33,127 nt of DNA, from the NCBI RefSeq assembly GCF_000281045.1, contig NW_008246071.1, forward strand, positions 31,588 through 64,714, read 5' to 3'. Position 1 is the first letter of the stretch, and the number at the start of each line of letters is the position of its first letter. Under the pieces are notes generated by a model, which was not told where the DNA came from, did not search any database, and worked only from the letters and a program-made list of their open reading frames with translations. Shown in pieces: positions 22,401 to 32,615 of the stretch. The translations under genes and the position numbers were made by a program. The DNA comes from Saprolegnia diclina VS20. Its lineage: Eukaryota.

Positions 22401-25400
22401 TTCTCAGCGGTGACCGCCATCTGTATTTCCCACCGCCGCTTCCGCCACAGCACCGCGCTGCGAGCTTTGACTGCACCATACTCGAAACAGCTGCGTTGAG
22501 CGATGCGTCCCCGGCGATCGTGACGTCATGCAGCATCCTCAGCCTCAATGATACCGTCGTTCCGTGGACGGCGCTCGTCGACGCGTGGTTTGCACAGCAG
22601 GGCAGCGTGCTTCCGCCTGGATTCGTGGCGCTCGCCAAGCCTATGGTGCTCCACTGCCTCGGCGCGTGTACGCTGCCTCAATTGCAGCTGACGACGCCGT
22701 CGGTTCCGGTATCGCAGGTGGTCGCGAATGTTCTCAAGCTCTTGACTGCCATGTTTGGCTCGCTTGTGCACGATGGCGCGTCGATTTGGCCGCTCTCACC
22801 GACCGTGACGGGCCAGCTGGTTTTTTTGCTGGTGCTCTGGGGCACAGGCGCGCACTTGACTAGCGAGCGCCGACGCGACCTTCAAGCGTTTGCCCTCGGT
22901 GTTGCCAATATGCCACCGATCGTGGTCGACGCCAATGGTCTTGTGCACCAGTTTCCGCAGCTGCCGCACGAGACGCAACCAACGTTTTTTGAGATCGTGT
23001 TTAGCGCGCGGGACCATGCATTTGGGCTCACGAGCGCGTGCCAGGAGACGACGCTCGCGCTCCAGCGGGTTGCCAGCGCTGTGATTGTACCGACGGCCCA
23101 AATTCGGTTTGCGTACTGCACCTTTCAAGTGCTTCAGAAATGGAGCGCCACCAGATCGATGCTTTTCCTTGGTGGACGTGGCGTCGGGAAGAGCACCCTT
23201 CTCTCGGTTCTGCCGCGCCTCGTTCGCGGCCACAAGACGCGCGTGTGGAGTCGCGCCAGCACCGAGCATCGCTATGTGTCGCTTTTGCACCGGATCTTGC
23301 ACCAAACGAGCGACGACAAGTACGTCTTTCTCGATGACGTCAACTGTTACGGTCCGAGTTTGGAGCTCCTTCGGTGTGTGCTGAGCCACAAGCGGCTTTT
23401 CGACGCCGTTCGGAGCCAGTGGACGCGGCTTCAGATCGCGTTCTGCGGGACCATGTCGCTGGCCCACAATGCGCCACTGTCACTGGCCGAGCAGCGCTGC
23501 CTGCGACCGTATTTCCTCCTGCGTCTCACGGATCCTGACGCGACAGAGCTCGCAGCAATCCATAGCGCAATCGTGCAAGAGCGCCTTGGGCGTCCGCTCG
23601 CGCCTAGCGAGCACTGGATCGTCCGAACGACAGTCACCGCGGTGCTGTCGCTGTCGAGCAAGCCCGCGAATCGCATTCTTCTCTCGCCGACCATCACCGC
23701 CGACGTGATACGCAGCACGCTGCGCGGTGAGGTGCCCAACGAAGCACTGACGCACGCTCGCTGGCTTCGCGAGATGCACAGTGCGATGTATAGCGCATTT
23801 GCGTCCGAGACGGAGCGCACCGACTGGCTCCAGCAATTCAAAGCTGATATCCCGTCTCACACGACCCCTCCCGAGTTTGACTCGGATGCAAGCTTTTTGC
23901 CACTGGTACGTACGTTGCCGCTACCGACGGCTGTGCTGGACGCCGCCGAGAGGTCGGCAGAGACAGCCTTTGATGCTCTCCGCGCGTTCCTGCTGTCGAG
24001 CTTGAAGCCCACGGCTGTTGACATGGAGTGGACCGCGCGGTTGAGTCCGCCGCTCATATGGCACTACGTCCAACTCTGCGCCATACTGGAAGCGCACCGT
24101 CATGTCATGTGCATTGGCTCTGGCGAGCTCGTCGCTGCGTACATGCCCCTACTGCCCCACGTTGTTCGCACGTGCAGCCAGCCGCCGCCCATCGTCTTGG
24201 CAGACTTGACGTCGGACGGTATGTGACGACTCTACGCGTGCAGTCCTTAGTGTTCAAGCATGTAGAAGACGTCGTGGCGCACCTTGCGTCGTTGCTTTTG
24301 GCGACCGGTATCCACGACGAACGACGCATCTTGTGCGCGACAGAGGCCGACTGGACGCAGTGGCCGCGCGTGGCGCTCTTTGTACACGGTAGAGCGTCAT
24401 AAACACTCGCTTGTCGCACGACATACTCTATAGATATTCTCGACGGTAACCACTCGCAGCTGGCGCGGTCCGTGGTCCTTCAGCACGTTGTCGCGACGCC
24501 TCTCTCGAGCGCGTCGCATGTCGACATCCTCGACGCTTTCATGCGGCGCGTGCAGCGCCACCTCACACTCGTTCTCTGGGGCTCCTCCGCGTCCATCGCA
24601 CCACTACTCACTCATGCGAGCGCCAACGTCCGCGTCATAGCCCTTCAGTCGCCGCATCGACACGAAGCCGACTTGCTATTGGCGGCCAAAGGGACCATGA
24701 CACACCTACGCGACGCGCACCCTGACCTTGGTCTCTCGCTCAGTGACTGCGACCACTTGGCCACGATCAGTGTCCAAGTGCACGCGAGCGTCGCGTCGCC
24801 GACCAAGAGCCTCGGGCATCTCCTCGAGACCTTTGTGCATATCATGGCGTACAAAGCCTCCAAAATGGCCGATGTTCGCATCGAGTCGGTCACGCAACTC
24901 TTGACGTGGCTCGATACGCTCAAAGCGCAGTGCCACGACGCCACCGAGCGGCTCGAGCAGCTTGAGACGGCGTTTGTCGCAGCCCAAGATCGGCGCGAGG
25001 CCGCGGAAGCGTCTTTGGGCCCGATGCAAGCCCAGCTGACTGCGTCCAAGGGCTTGAACGAGCGGTTGGCAGAGAAGTTGCGAGCGCTGCAAGAAGCCTT
25101 TGGCTCAGACAAGCACGCAATGGAAGCCATCGAACGGCAAATTCGAGCCGAACGCAAGGTTCTCAACAGTCTGCTGCTCCCGGCGTTCACGCTGGCCGAC
25201 CGGCAAAAACTTGCAGACGAGTGGCGTCACGTCACAGCCTGTCGCCACTTGCTAGCCGCGATGTGTCGGGTCCATGGCGTTGACGACCACAACGTGGAGG
25301 CGGCCTGTCGCCTTGTGGAGAACCCAAACACGCGCATGGAACTTCTTGCGATGCGATTATCTGCAGAGAGCGCAACGCAGCCGTTCGGGTTCACGGCAGC

Positions 25401-28400
25401 AGACATCCCGACGCTGCACACGTTGCACCCGGCGCTCGCGGTTCTCGGTCGCGCCCTCCTCTATCAGCGCGACGCGGCGAGTGCTGATGCACAGGTGACG
25501 CGCCTCTCGGGTGCCAACGCGCGCCGCACGAGCGACATCGAGCAGGTGCGCACCGAGCTCAAGGAGCTTCACGCGTCCATGGCATTGCTCGAAGCCTCGA
25601 TACTTCGCACGGGAAATGGCGTCGCCTCGGACACGCAGGCGCTTGGAGAGCTGGCGACGGCCATGGAAGCTACCGAGGCAAATGTGGACAATCTCGCGCC
25701 GCTTTTGAGCTACCTCGACCGTCTCCAAGCTCTTATCCGAAGCACGTACTTTGCGCAGCGCTACGCGACGCACTTGACGTCTGAGGGCGCCGCACTCTTC
25801 ACTTCGGCTATGGTCGCGTACCTCGGTCCGCTCGATACGGCGGAGCGAGCGCGCTTGATACAGTCGTGGTCCCTTGTCTTCACAAGCAACAACTATGTCC
25901 TCCCACTGGAGCTCGGTATTGTGCAGGACAGCGCCGTCGCGCTCTACTCGACCCTCGAGGCAAGCATCTGCGTCCCAAACATGGACAAGCGGCTTCAGCA
26001 TGGCCTCGCGATCGCCGACTGGTCACAGACGTGTCCGCTTCTCGTCGACCCGAACGGCGCAGCCGAAAGCTACATGGTGGCCTTCTTCCAGCGCATGACG
26101 AGCGCGACGCCGGCCGTGACGTACTCTGTCTACTCGACGAGCGACGCCAATCTGCTGCAGTGCCTCGACGTCGCACGCAAGGCGTCCAAGGTCGTCTTGC
26201 TCACGCATTACTCAACGAACGTGTCGGACGCGCGCTTCCGGCAGTTGCTCCCGTACCTCCGCGTGACGCGTCGCCCGCTCCTGGACGCGGCGCGCGGCCT
26301 CCCGCTCTTGTCACACAGCGGCTCGACCAAGCTGCTGCAGCCGACAACCGCACCAAGCCGGCGTGCGCGGTCGTCCTCGATGCCCGACCTCCGTTTTGTC
26401 GGTACGTTCCAGGTGTACGTCATTCTGAGTCCGCTGGACAACGTCGCCGACCTCTCGCAGCTCCAAAAGGCGCACTTCAATCTCATCGATTTCCAAGTCC
26501 CTCGGAAGGAACTAGAGAGGCGAAAACGCCGAACCCTCCACGCTCTCCTGGCCCCCAACGACGTCAAAGCCAACGACGACCAGGCGACGCTTGCACTCAA
26601 GGCCCAGGCGCAGCTGCGCAAGATGCAGGACGACGCGGTCGCTAAGCTCCTCGAAGGCGTCTCAACCCTCGACTCGGACGCCCTCCTAAAGCTCCTCACG
26701 CACCTCGAACAGAAAGACCGTGTTTTGCGGTCGCGGGTCAGCCGACTCCAGACTTCGATCGCGCCACCCGATGCGTTAACCAACGCAGCGCGCACACTGG
26801 CGTCGCTTCAGGAGGCGCTCCAGACACTCGCACCCCTGGACTCGCTGGCCATGCCGCGAGGCAAGTACATGCAAGTGCTTCTCGAAAAGATGCTGCATCG
26901 TGTGCTCCGCGTGTCGTCCAGCGACATGGAGTCGGTTCTCCTCGATGTGCTCGCCCGCGTCCTGGCGCATGTCGCCCGGCGCGTCGCGAGCGAGCACCTG
27001 GATGCACTCTATACGCTGATTGCACTGCTGCAGAGCGTCGAGACACCCACCGAGGTCCTGCGCTGGGTGCGGTTCCTCGCGTCGCCCGCGGCTCATGTCG
27101 CGCAGGCGGAGAAGGCGGTCGTGACCCAGTATTGCCGACGCGCCTCTGACATGCGAGGACCGAACGCCTCGATGGGGCATGTGCACCGCCTTCGGCGCCT
27201 CCGCAGCACGATCGCTGTGCCCGACCATGCAACGCACGACGATTCGCGCAGTCTCCACGGCCTCTCGCTGCCGCAGCTGCTGCCTGCCGCGCTGCCGCCA
27301 CCGCACGCTCTAATCTCATCTGGCTTTCTATCGCAAGAGATGTACGAGGGCCTCGCGTTTCTAGAGGCCCATATGCACGAGCTACGGGGCCTGAGCGATG
27401 CCATTCAAGCCGACCCGACGCCATGGCGGCAGAGTCTGGTGAGCGCTCTCGAAAGCGAGCACAGCGTTCTTCTGTGGCCAGCACCGTGGACTTCGCGCTT
27501 GGCGCCGCCCCTTGTGTCGCTTTTGTGCACCAAATGCCTTTGCCCCGAGCTCGTTTCGATTGCATTGACGAGGCTCAAAGCCACCGCGCTCAAGGCCCTT
27601 CTTCCCGGTGGCATTTCGCTCCACGAAACCATTTGCACGCCGTATGTGGTCCTTGTTGCGCCCAACGACGCGCCGCTGCCCCAGCACGTGCACGAGCTCG
27701 ATCTAAACTTGGCGTCACGGATCATCTTTCAACCGCGCACCGCCGCCGCGACGCTCGCCGCGGCCCTCGCCAGCGTACGATTCCATGTGTTCAATGTATG
27801 GTTACATTGGTTTCACGTAGGACACGAGCCTTGTCGTGCAGATCAGTTGTGCGGACGACGCCGACGCACTCCTGGAGATCCTGAAAGCACACACGCTACT
27901 GCACCCTGTCTTCATCCTCGTCGACGCGCTGCTCTTGCCAGAGCTACCACGCGCTCTTCTGTATCAATCGCAGATCGTGCGGCTGCCCATCACGCCTATG
28001 GTGGCGGCGGACGCGCCGAGCCCTCGGCTGATAGTGCACGAATCGCACTTGCACCACTCGGCGGCCGAGACACTTGCCCGCAAGATGCCGCGGCTCCATG
28101 CATGCGCCGTCGAGAAGAGCGAGGCGATGGCCGTTGGGTGGACGCAGTTTGTTGCCCGCGACTACCACCTCGAGGAAGCCGTCGCCACCTTGCAGCAGCT
28201 CTGTGAGGCAAGTGCCAACGACGCGGATGCCGTGGCCTCGGCGATCCAAGGTGGCGTGTACGGCGCCGATATGATTCCGCGTGATATGGCGGCCGCCACA
28301 TTCCTTCTCACGGAGCCCGTGCCACGTCCACGAGATGTCAGCTTGTACTTGCGCAACGCCACGCACGCGCGTCACTCGCTGCGCTCCCAGAAGCACCTGC

Positions 28401-29314
28401 GTCGACTTACGGCGCCGCTCGAGCACGCGCCTTCGTCGTCGCTGGAAATGGTCAAGGCGATGCTGACGACCTATTTGCGACGATTCCAAGAGATCGCCAT
28501 GCCAACGCGGTCGACCAAACCCGTCGTTGGGCACCGCGGCGTCGGGATGGCCGCCCTCGACGCGGTGTTTCACCGCCTCAAAGCCGACAGCTCGGCCTTC
28601 TACCACCTCCTCTTGACGTTCCTCTCGGGCGTGAACGAGTCGGCGCTGCCGTACCTCGACCTCCATGTGCTGCCGCCGTCGTGGCTTGGGCTCCCCGAGA
28701 CGACGCACCTCTTGCCCGTGCGCCTCCATGCGCTTGTCGCGCAGCTCGACCGGCGCTGCGACTACCTGCACTTTCTTGGTCACCCGTCGGCGCAATCGGT
28801 CGACGTGGGCTTGACGCTGCACCTGCGTGACGTCCTCGGCCACATTCGGCTCGTGTACTCCGATGCGCTCGGCTGCTGCGTGACGGCGCTTCGCCTCGCC
28901 TTGCGCGCGAGCTGCTCAAAGGACGAGAGCGTCGGCGGCGTCGCGCAAGACGCTGCGCAACATCCGTGCGGCCTCGTGGTTGACAGCCTCTGGCTCTTCT
29001 ACGGCTCGGCGTTCGCCAAGGTCCCAACGGCCCGCCTCGTCTGGGAGCAAAACCCGAGCGAGAGCCAAAGTCGCGAGCTTTCGCTTGCGTTCTATGGGCT
29101 GTGGCTCCTCCGGCACGTCGGCGAGGCCCCGTGGGGCGACCCTCGCGTCTTTACGTGTATACAAGAGAGCGTGGGCGTGGCGCCGAGCGACTGCAACGCG
29201 CTCTTTGGAGACGACGTGGGCGTGGATATGGTCGTCGAGTATGGCACGCTGCTGGCGCCAGCGCTGCCCGAGCTCCCGGACGTGGTCACGCTGCTGCAGC
29301 CAAGTCGACAATAG
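16477..29314 (+). CDS. Highly divergent axonemal dynein heavy-chain-like protein (~4000 aa, ~15 exons) with degenerate AAA1
   Basis: About 14 short GT-AG introns link the ORFs (incl. the 889, 720, 1244 and 492 aa ones) into one frame. Dynein landmarks in the correct order: inner-arm-type N-terminus (EYFTLTSYGLT...LEAWLREKAIFDKI), linker RSEVPRLCFLSDADL, LFLTPPTTRC + GSGKR (AAA1), LVGPAGAGKST / VLFDGP / ASPA (AAA2), GGRGVGKST / VFLDDVN / LELLR (AAA3), stalk coiled coils, SAMVAYLGP, CPLLVDPNG (AAA5). The 5' exons are less certain than the motor region. Confidence 0.85.
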
Positions 29315-29366
29315 TACGCATAGCAATATATTGGGTCGCGGGTTAGCGGCAATTATGTGGATGCGT

Positions 29367-29675
29367 TTACCGGCCGTACTTTTGGAATTCCCACTCGCGG
29401 TTGTCGAGCGGGCAGACCTGTCGCGTCTTGAGCCAGCGGCTAATGCAGTGGAAGTGGAAGGCGTGGTTGCACACGCCCCAGGCGACCGTGCACTCCTCGC
29501 TCGTTGCCGAGGCCTGGTTGGCCTGGCACTCAATGCAGAGGTCCATGATGTGGTTGCGGCAGATGGCGCAGTTGTCGACGACGATGTCCCAGCTCCAGAG
29601 CGCAACCGCGTTCCACTTCTTGATCTCGAAGCGCTTCGGCTCGTCCACGTCCGCAGCCTTCTTCTCTTCTTCCAT
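29367..29675 (-). CDS. RBX1: RING-box protein 1 (ROC1/RBX1), cullin-RING ligase subunit
   Basis: Nearly invariant sequence [87 protein letters not shown]. Intronless, ATG at 29675. Confidence 0.98.
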   Translation of the reverse strand: MEEEKKAADVDEPKRFEIKKWNAVALWSWDIVVDNCAICRNHIMDLCIECQANQASATSEECTVAWGVCNHAFHFHCISRWLKTRQVCPLDNREWEFQKYGR

Positions 29676-29722
29676 CGCCGTTCGAAAATACCAAGTCTGT
29701 GAGGGTTTGTTGGCCGGACCCT

Positions 29723-29741
29723 GTATCCGGATTCCGGATAC
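29723..29741. repeat. Perfect 9-bp inverted repeat with 1-nt spacer (GTATCCGGA-T-TCCGGATAC) upstream of RBX1
   Basis: Read directly from the sequence, about 50 bp 5' of the RBX1 ATG. Confidence 0.8.
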
Positions 29742-30486
29742 GACCAAGGGCCAACTGCGTTAAGCATGGACGTTGGATCACACACGTGGAGCTGGCGTTC
29801 ATGCGAGGGGGCCGTTGATTCAAGAGAGAAGGGTCCCCTCTCGTGCGCAGCCGAGTGGCGCTGGTACCATAAGTCCTCTTGACGCCACACAGCCGCCATA
29901 TCTTGCGTATGGCCAATCGTACGTGTGGAAACCAGCATTTTTCAATACTTTTACCCAATCAAATACGGCATTTTGTTGTGTCAAGCTCCCTCCGGTGAGT
30001 GTTGGTGATCGCGTGGGAGGGGGCGCACCGTCGGATATGTGCAGCACAGTCGAGTTAAGTTATGCTGCACTCGGATCACTGCGATAACATGGGCGGATGT
30101 AACAACACGGCTTCGTCCGCCGTATCCATAGACGTACGTATACTCTGCGGTCCTCGTCTTCTTATTCTGCAATGAGCCCCACTTGCCATCCAGCCGATGG
30201 AGTGTGCTGAGCAGATAGTACTATGCGAACCGCCGCATCAACGCGTTCCGTCGGCTATCTCATTCTCAGTGGCTGTAGGTCAGTCTGTGGCTCCAGGGAT
30301 ATCCTTCGTCACTTCCTCGCCTCGGATTGGTGGAGCGTGAGAGTGACGAGCCAATCACATTATTTGACGCCAAGATTCCCTCGCAAATGCGCACCACGCA
30401 ACCACGCAACGATCATTGTCGAACACGATCGACTGTCCATCGAAGCGTCCAAGCACCGACTTTCCAACACAAACCATTTTGCAAAG

Positions 30487-31101
30487 ATGTACTCGGAGCT
30501 TCTCGCGGCGGCCACCGTCGGCCTTCTGGGCGCTGTTACGCTCACGTACAAGCGCACGCACTCGCCGCCGTTGCGCGCCGCCATTGCCTGTGCCTGCGGG
30601 CAGGTCCAAGGCCGCGTGGACGCGCCGGCTGCAACGCGCACGGTGTGCTATTGCACCGACTGCAACACCTTTGCCACCAAAGTGTCCAAGACGAACGCAC
30701 CGCCATTGGACGCGAGCGGTGGCACCGAAATCCTCCAGCTCTTCCCCGCCGACATCACCTTTAGCCACGGCGCCGAGCACCTAAAGGCCGGTATTCTATC
30801 GGCCGAAACAGCAACCCTCCGCGTCTTTGCGTCGTGCTGCGGTACGCCCATGTACAACACGATGCAAGGAGCAGCGTTCGCCGGTCTTCTCGCGTCCGTG
30901 CTCCAAGACAAGGCGATGCCGCTACCCCCGATTCAATTTCGCATCTTTGCGCGGTCGGCGACAGGGCCGGTCCCAGACGCACCAGCGGCCGCGCGTGTGG
31001 TCTCGGTGCGCTTCGTTCTCAACTTTATGGTACGCTCAGCCGTGTACCGCTGCCGTGCATCACCCGCACCGGTCGAGTTGACGCCCCGCGTTCTCTTGTG
31101 A
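30487..31101 (+). CDS. GFA/CENP-V-like zinc-binding protein (DUF6151-like) with N-terminal hydrophobic anchor
   Basis: CACGQV...CYCTDC..FA...LDASGGTEILQ..P..ITF..GAEHL...RVFASCCGTP pattern. Intronless. The ATG at 30487 follows CCATTTTGC (FPR-like). Confidence 0.8.
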   Translation: MYSELLAAATVGLLGAVTLTYKRTHSPPLRAAIACACGQVQGRVDAPAATRTVCYCTDCNTFATKVSKTNAPPLDASGGTEILQLFPADITFSHGAEHLKAGILSAETATLRVFASCCGTPMYNTMQGAAFAGLLASVLQDKAMPLPPIQFRIFARSATGPVPDAPAAARVVSVRFVLNFMVRSAVYRCRASPAPVELTPRVLL

Positions 31102-31474
31102 GCAGTCTAACGAACGAGGATCGTCCAGACGACTTTTCCACAACTGGACGTGAAGTTTGTTCGCATTGTCAGTAATATTACTTGCTCCCACAGCATTATT
31201 CATAAACAATTGGTTAAATGCTAGTGCTACGTCCAACTCAACGGCACCGGATTTGACGACGTGGGCCAACGGCTATGAACTAAAAGATCTATACATGTAC
31301 GGCTAGAGTCAGAAACACTCCAAGAATGTAAAGCAAGGCGCTGAGGCTCGTTCCATAGATTTGAAAACGGTGTTATCAACTCAATGAACTTGCTTCAGAG
31401 ATCCAAAAAACCAAAAACCATAAAACCAAATGCAAGGCAACGAGGGGACCGGCTGCCAAAACCAAGAATCTCAC

Positions 31475-32299
31475 TCACCACTGGTTGCGTGCCACGAGTT
31501 CGTTCCAACCAGCAAGATCGTAGTACGTGCGGCCACGCAGCGCGGGCGTCGTTTCGAGCGTCGCGTGCAGCCACGTCATCTCGTCTTCCGAGAGCGTGTC
31601 GTTCGACCAAAGCGTGAGCCCATGCGTCGAGTTGGAGTAGACGCGCTCGAGCGCAGACCAACTTTGGCGCACGAGCGACGCCTTGATGGGCAGCGTCGCA
31701 CTGACGTTCACGCCTTGCAACAACTGCAGCATCTCGTCCACCATGGCCGATGTGTACTCGACGCTCGCGGCCGACGTCGTCCAGCCGACACTGAGCTTGT
31801 CGACATCGCAGGCAGCAGCTTGCGCAACGAACTGCGCTGCATCAAAACTGGGTGCAGGAGCTTCGCTGCCGCGCAAGATGTCGGCGTTGAGCCAAATGCG
31901 ACGACGCAAGCTCGCGGATGCGGCCGTGAGGTTGCTGCGCGCCGCCTCGAACGCAGCGCGGGTCTTGAAATCGAGCTTGACGATGCAATTTGAGGCCGAC
32001 GCGCGGGCGAGGAACGTCTCGAGCGTCAAGTCGCTCGTGTTGGCCGGCGGATGGGCCATGATGAGCACGTTCTCGGGGCTGAGCTGCACGTCGGCCTCGA
32101 GAGCGAGCCCTTTCGCGAGCGCATCTGCGAGCTGCGCCTGCGAGTTGACGGCGTGGGCCCAGTGCACGCGCATGGGGTCGGCGCTGCTGGAAGACATTCT
32201 CGGCGAGACAAAGTAAGCGTCGGTGGTCACGTAAAGGAGCGCGAAGATCGAGGTGCTCAAGAGAACAGCCAGGCACCACGCGAGCGCTCGGCGCCGCAT
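31475..32299 (-). CDS. FAM151/menorin (DUF2181, PLC-like phosphodiesterase fold) protein with N-terminal signal anchor
   Basis: Family motifs WAHAVNS, LEADV, IMAHPP...SDLTL, KLDFK, WLNADIL.G, LSVGWTT, LTLWS, YYDL. Hydrophobic N-terminus after MRRR. Confidence 0.88.
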   Translation of the reverse strand: MRRRALAWCLAVLLSTSIFALLYVTTDAYFVSPRMSSSSADPMRVHWAHAVNSQAQLADALAKGLALEADVQLSPENVLIMAHPPANTSDLTLETFLARASASNCIVKLDFKTRAAFEAARSNLTAASASLRRRIWLNADILRGSEAPAPSFDAAQFVAQAAACDVDKLSVGWTTSAASVEYTSAMVDEMLQLLQGVNVSATLPIKASLVRQSWSALERVYSNSTHGLTLWSNDTLSEDEMTWLHATLETTPALRGRTYYDLAGWNELVARNQW

Positions 32300-32615
32300 G
32301 CAGGACTCGCTTATCCGTAGCGCTTTTTTAGCCGGTTCAGAAAATAGATTTCGGGAAAAACATGGATCCTCTCTCGTACCACAGCGTGTACATAGTGAGC
32401 CCATCGACACTGCGTGACAGAGTAGACTAGTGTGCAGGATCGTACTTTTGTACAGCTCATCTGCGATTCCTGTGCGCCGTTTTCAATGCCTTCAATGGCA
32501 CCCAGCGTCGGTAGTCCACCGGAATTTCGTCGTAAAAACGGTAAATCCACTTGGCACGCGTCAGCCATTTATCCGGATGACACGGCTGCTATGCTCACAA
32601 TCCCAAACACGCGCC

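Noticed and set aside
16477..29314. Interpretation as several separate genes or as a frameshifted dynein pseudogene
   Set aside because: Each ORF break coincides with a short GT-AG intron that restores the frame, and the dynein domains occur in canonical order.
30223..30486. 88-aa N-terminal extension of the DUF6151-like ORF
   Set aside because: Contains CCAAT-like and FPR-like promoter motifs and lacks protein-like features. ATG 30487 is the better start.
31400..31432. CCAAAAA-like short repeat in AT-rich intergenic DNA
   Set aside because: Only 3-4 imperfect units, does not match the TTTAGGG telomere repeat, and is probably ordinary 3' UTR low complexity.
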